Made by a program: the position numbers and the translations under genes | Notes under the pieces: model-generated | Told to the model about the DNA's origin: nothing | The model's input: the letters and a program-made list of their open reading frames with translations, nothing else | Database searches by the model: none | In this document: one piece after another, positions 62,580 to 64,000 of the stretch | Layout of the letters: each line of letters begins with the position of its first letter | Numbering within the stretch: the first letter of the stretch is position 1 | Assembly: GCA_021613535.1 (NCBI GenBank) | Contig: CP075492.1 | Coordinates: forward strand, 5,642,001-5,706,000 | Length of the DNA: 64,000 nucleotides | Direction of reading: 5' to 3' | Source: Adineta vaga | Lineage: Eukaryota; Animalia; Rotifera

Positions 62580-63556
62580 TTAGATTGTTTTTTTACATCG
62601 AGCAGGTGGATTAGAACCCTAAAGAATGAAAAAGTATGATTAAGAATTGATATTATGAGTATTCATATTCATTTTTACTTTGTATGTATCACATAAAAGA
62701 GCAATAAGATTTGTTTGAGCACGATCTTGAATTTCATCCGAATAATTTCCATTGAGTGTGACAAATGGTACAAAAGCCGTCGATGGTTTGATCTTTTCAG
62801 TTTGAACAGCATAGACATGTTGTAATTGATTTCCTACTCGACTATTTGTACAAGTCGCGACTTTTTCATAATCAATGCTAGCATTTTGAGCACACTGTCT
62901 TGCTACTGTTTCTACATCACCTAATATTGAATCCATGCAATAAATAAAAGGCTAAAATAAAACATTTAAAATCTCATTGGTTTTTCTTCATTCATTTTCT
63001 TCTTACTATATGTTGACGTGTATCGGGATAAGATGCAATGGCACAAGTCTATGAAGATAAAGAAATAGAAATATTCATATCTAATTGAAACACATTACAT
63101 GAATAAGATTTCCATAACATTCATCAGCACCATGTTGACAATAAAATTGATATAATTGTGTTTCAGGTCGATAGACTTCATGTGCATTTCCATAAGGAAT
63201 AAATGTTAAATTGACAATATCAGCAATAGCTTGATAAGCAAACCATACTTGAGTTGTCGTAAATTGACGACAATCAGCGCAAAGGGATTCATAATAGATT
63301 GTAAAATTAACACGATCATTTGTCGATGTATTCCATACAAATGATGTACATTGTTTAGTTACCTACGTCATACGAAAGAACAAATGTATTAGAAACAAAT
63401 AAAAGCAAGATTAATACACACTCCGCAAACAGCAGCGATTTCTTTTGTTTTACACCAATCACCAGGTGAATTGGGACACTTTATTGGTAGACTAGTTGTG
63501 ATTAAGATGAAAGAACCATATAGAATAGCGATAGAAAAAGAGATGGTACGCATCAT
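62580..63556 (-). CDS. IFI30: GILT (gamma-interferon-inducible lysosomal thiol reductase) with N-terminal saposin-A-like module, 5 exons
   Basis: Signal peptide; CPNSPGDWCKTKEIAAVCGVTKQC; YYESLCADC active site; IPYGNA; signature CQHGADECYGN; ends GSNPPARCKKTI*. Confidence 0.92.
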
Positions 63557-64000
63557 GATGAGAATGATAAATAGAAATGTTAGATGTGATTAAAGATAAG
63601 AATTTTACGTCAACATGACGATGCAATCAGTTATCTTTCGTTAACAATCTATCGTCATAATTCTAATATCATAAAGGTCATTGAACTGACTTCCATTTCA
63701 ATACATGTTGTTCAACAACTGTTCAAACATTAGAAATTCACTAAGAAATAGAAAATAAATATATTCAATGTTCATATTACAAAATCTACTTGTTATATTA
63801 AATTATTCTCACAGAAGTTTAGAAAATATATCTCGTCATTCAATTTTTCTTTTCTCTCCGATCACATTGAATTGTCGTCAACAATAGCGTCATTCAAAAC
63901 AGAAATAAACTTCAAATAGTATCTTTATATTATTTTTCATCACAAATGAAACCATATAATTCTTTGAATTTGAATAAAACTATGATACGGTTTCGTTTTT

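Overview
AT-rich, gene-dense eukaryotic genomic DNA with many short (~50-60 nt) GT-AG introns. The gene content is animal (tektin, innexin, paramyosin, EVI1/hamlet-type zinc finger, SHARK-like tyrosine kinase), plus divergent 7TM receptors and genes of apparently fungal or bacterial origin. This fits a bdelloid rotifer (Adineta/Rotaria-like), which is an inference. About 25 spliced or intronless protein genes were reconstructed by eye, together with two pseudogene relics (NOX5-like, UGT-like) and a MITE-like element with ~65-bp terminal inverted repeats. The most unusual signal is a 97-nt intron in the EVI1/MECOM-like gene (15133-15229, minus strand). It has AT-AC ends but U2-type signals (ATAAGT donor, CTAAT branch site, polypyrimidine tract), splits the TGEQPY zinc-finger linker, and carries an in-frame stop if retained. 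Other notable items are an antisense innexin nested in a tektin intron, a knottin/agatoxin-like peptide precursor, a SHARK-like kinase lacking the Gly-rich loop, and a candidate horizontally acquired germin/spherulin gene head-to-head with a decayed NADPH oxidase. No tRNA, rRNA or CRISPR was seen. Exon boundaries are manual and family assignments come from motif recognition, not database searches.
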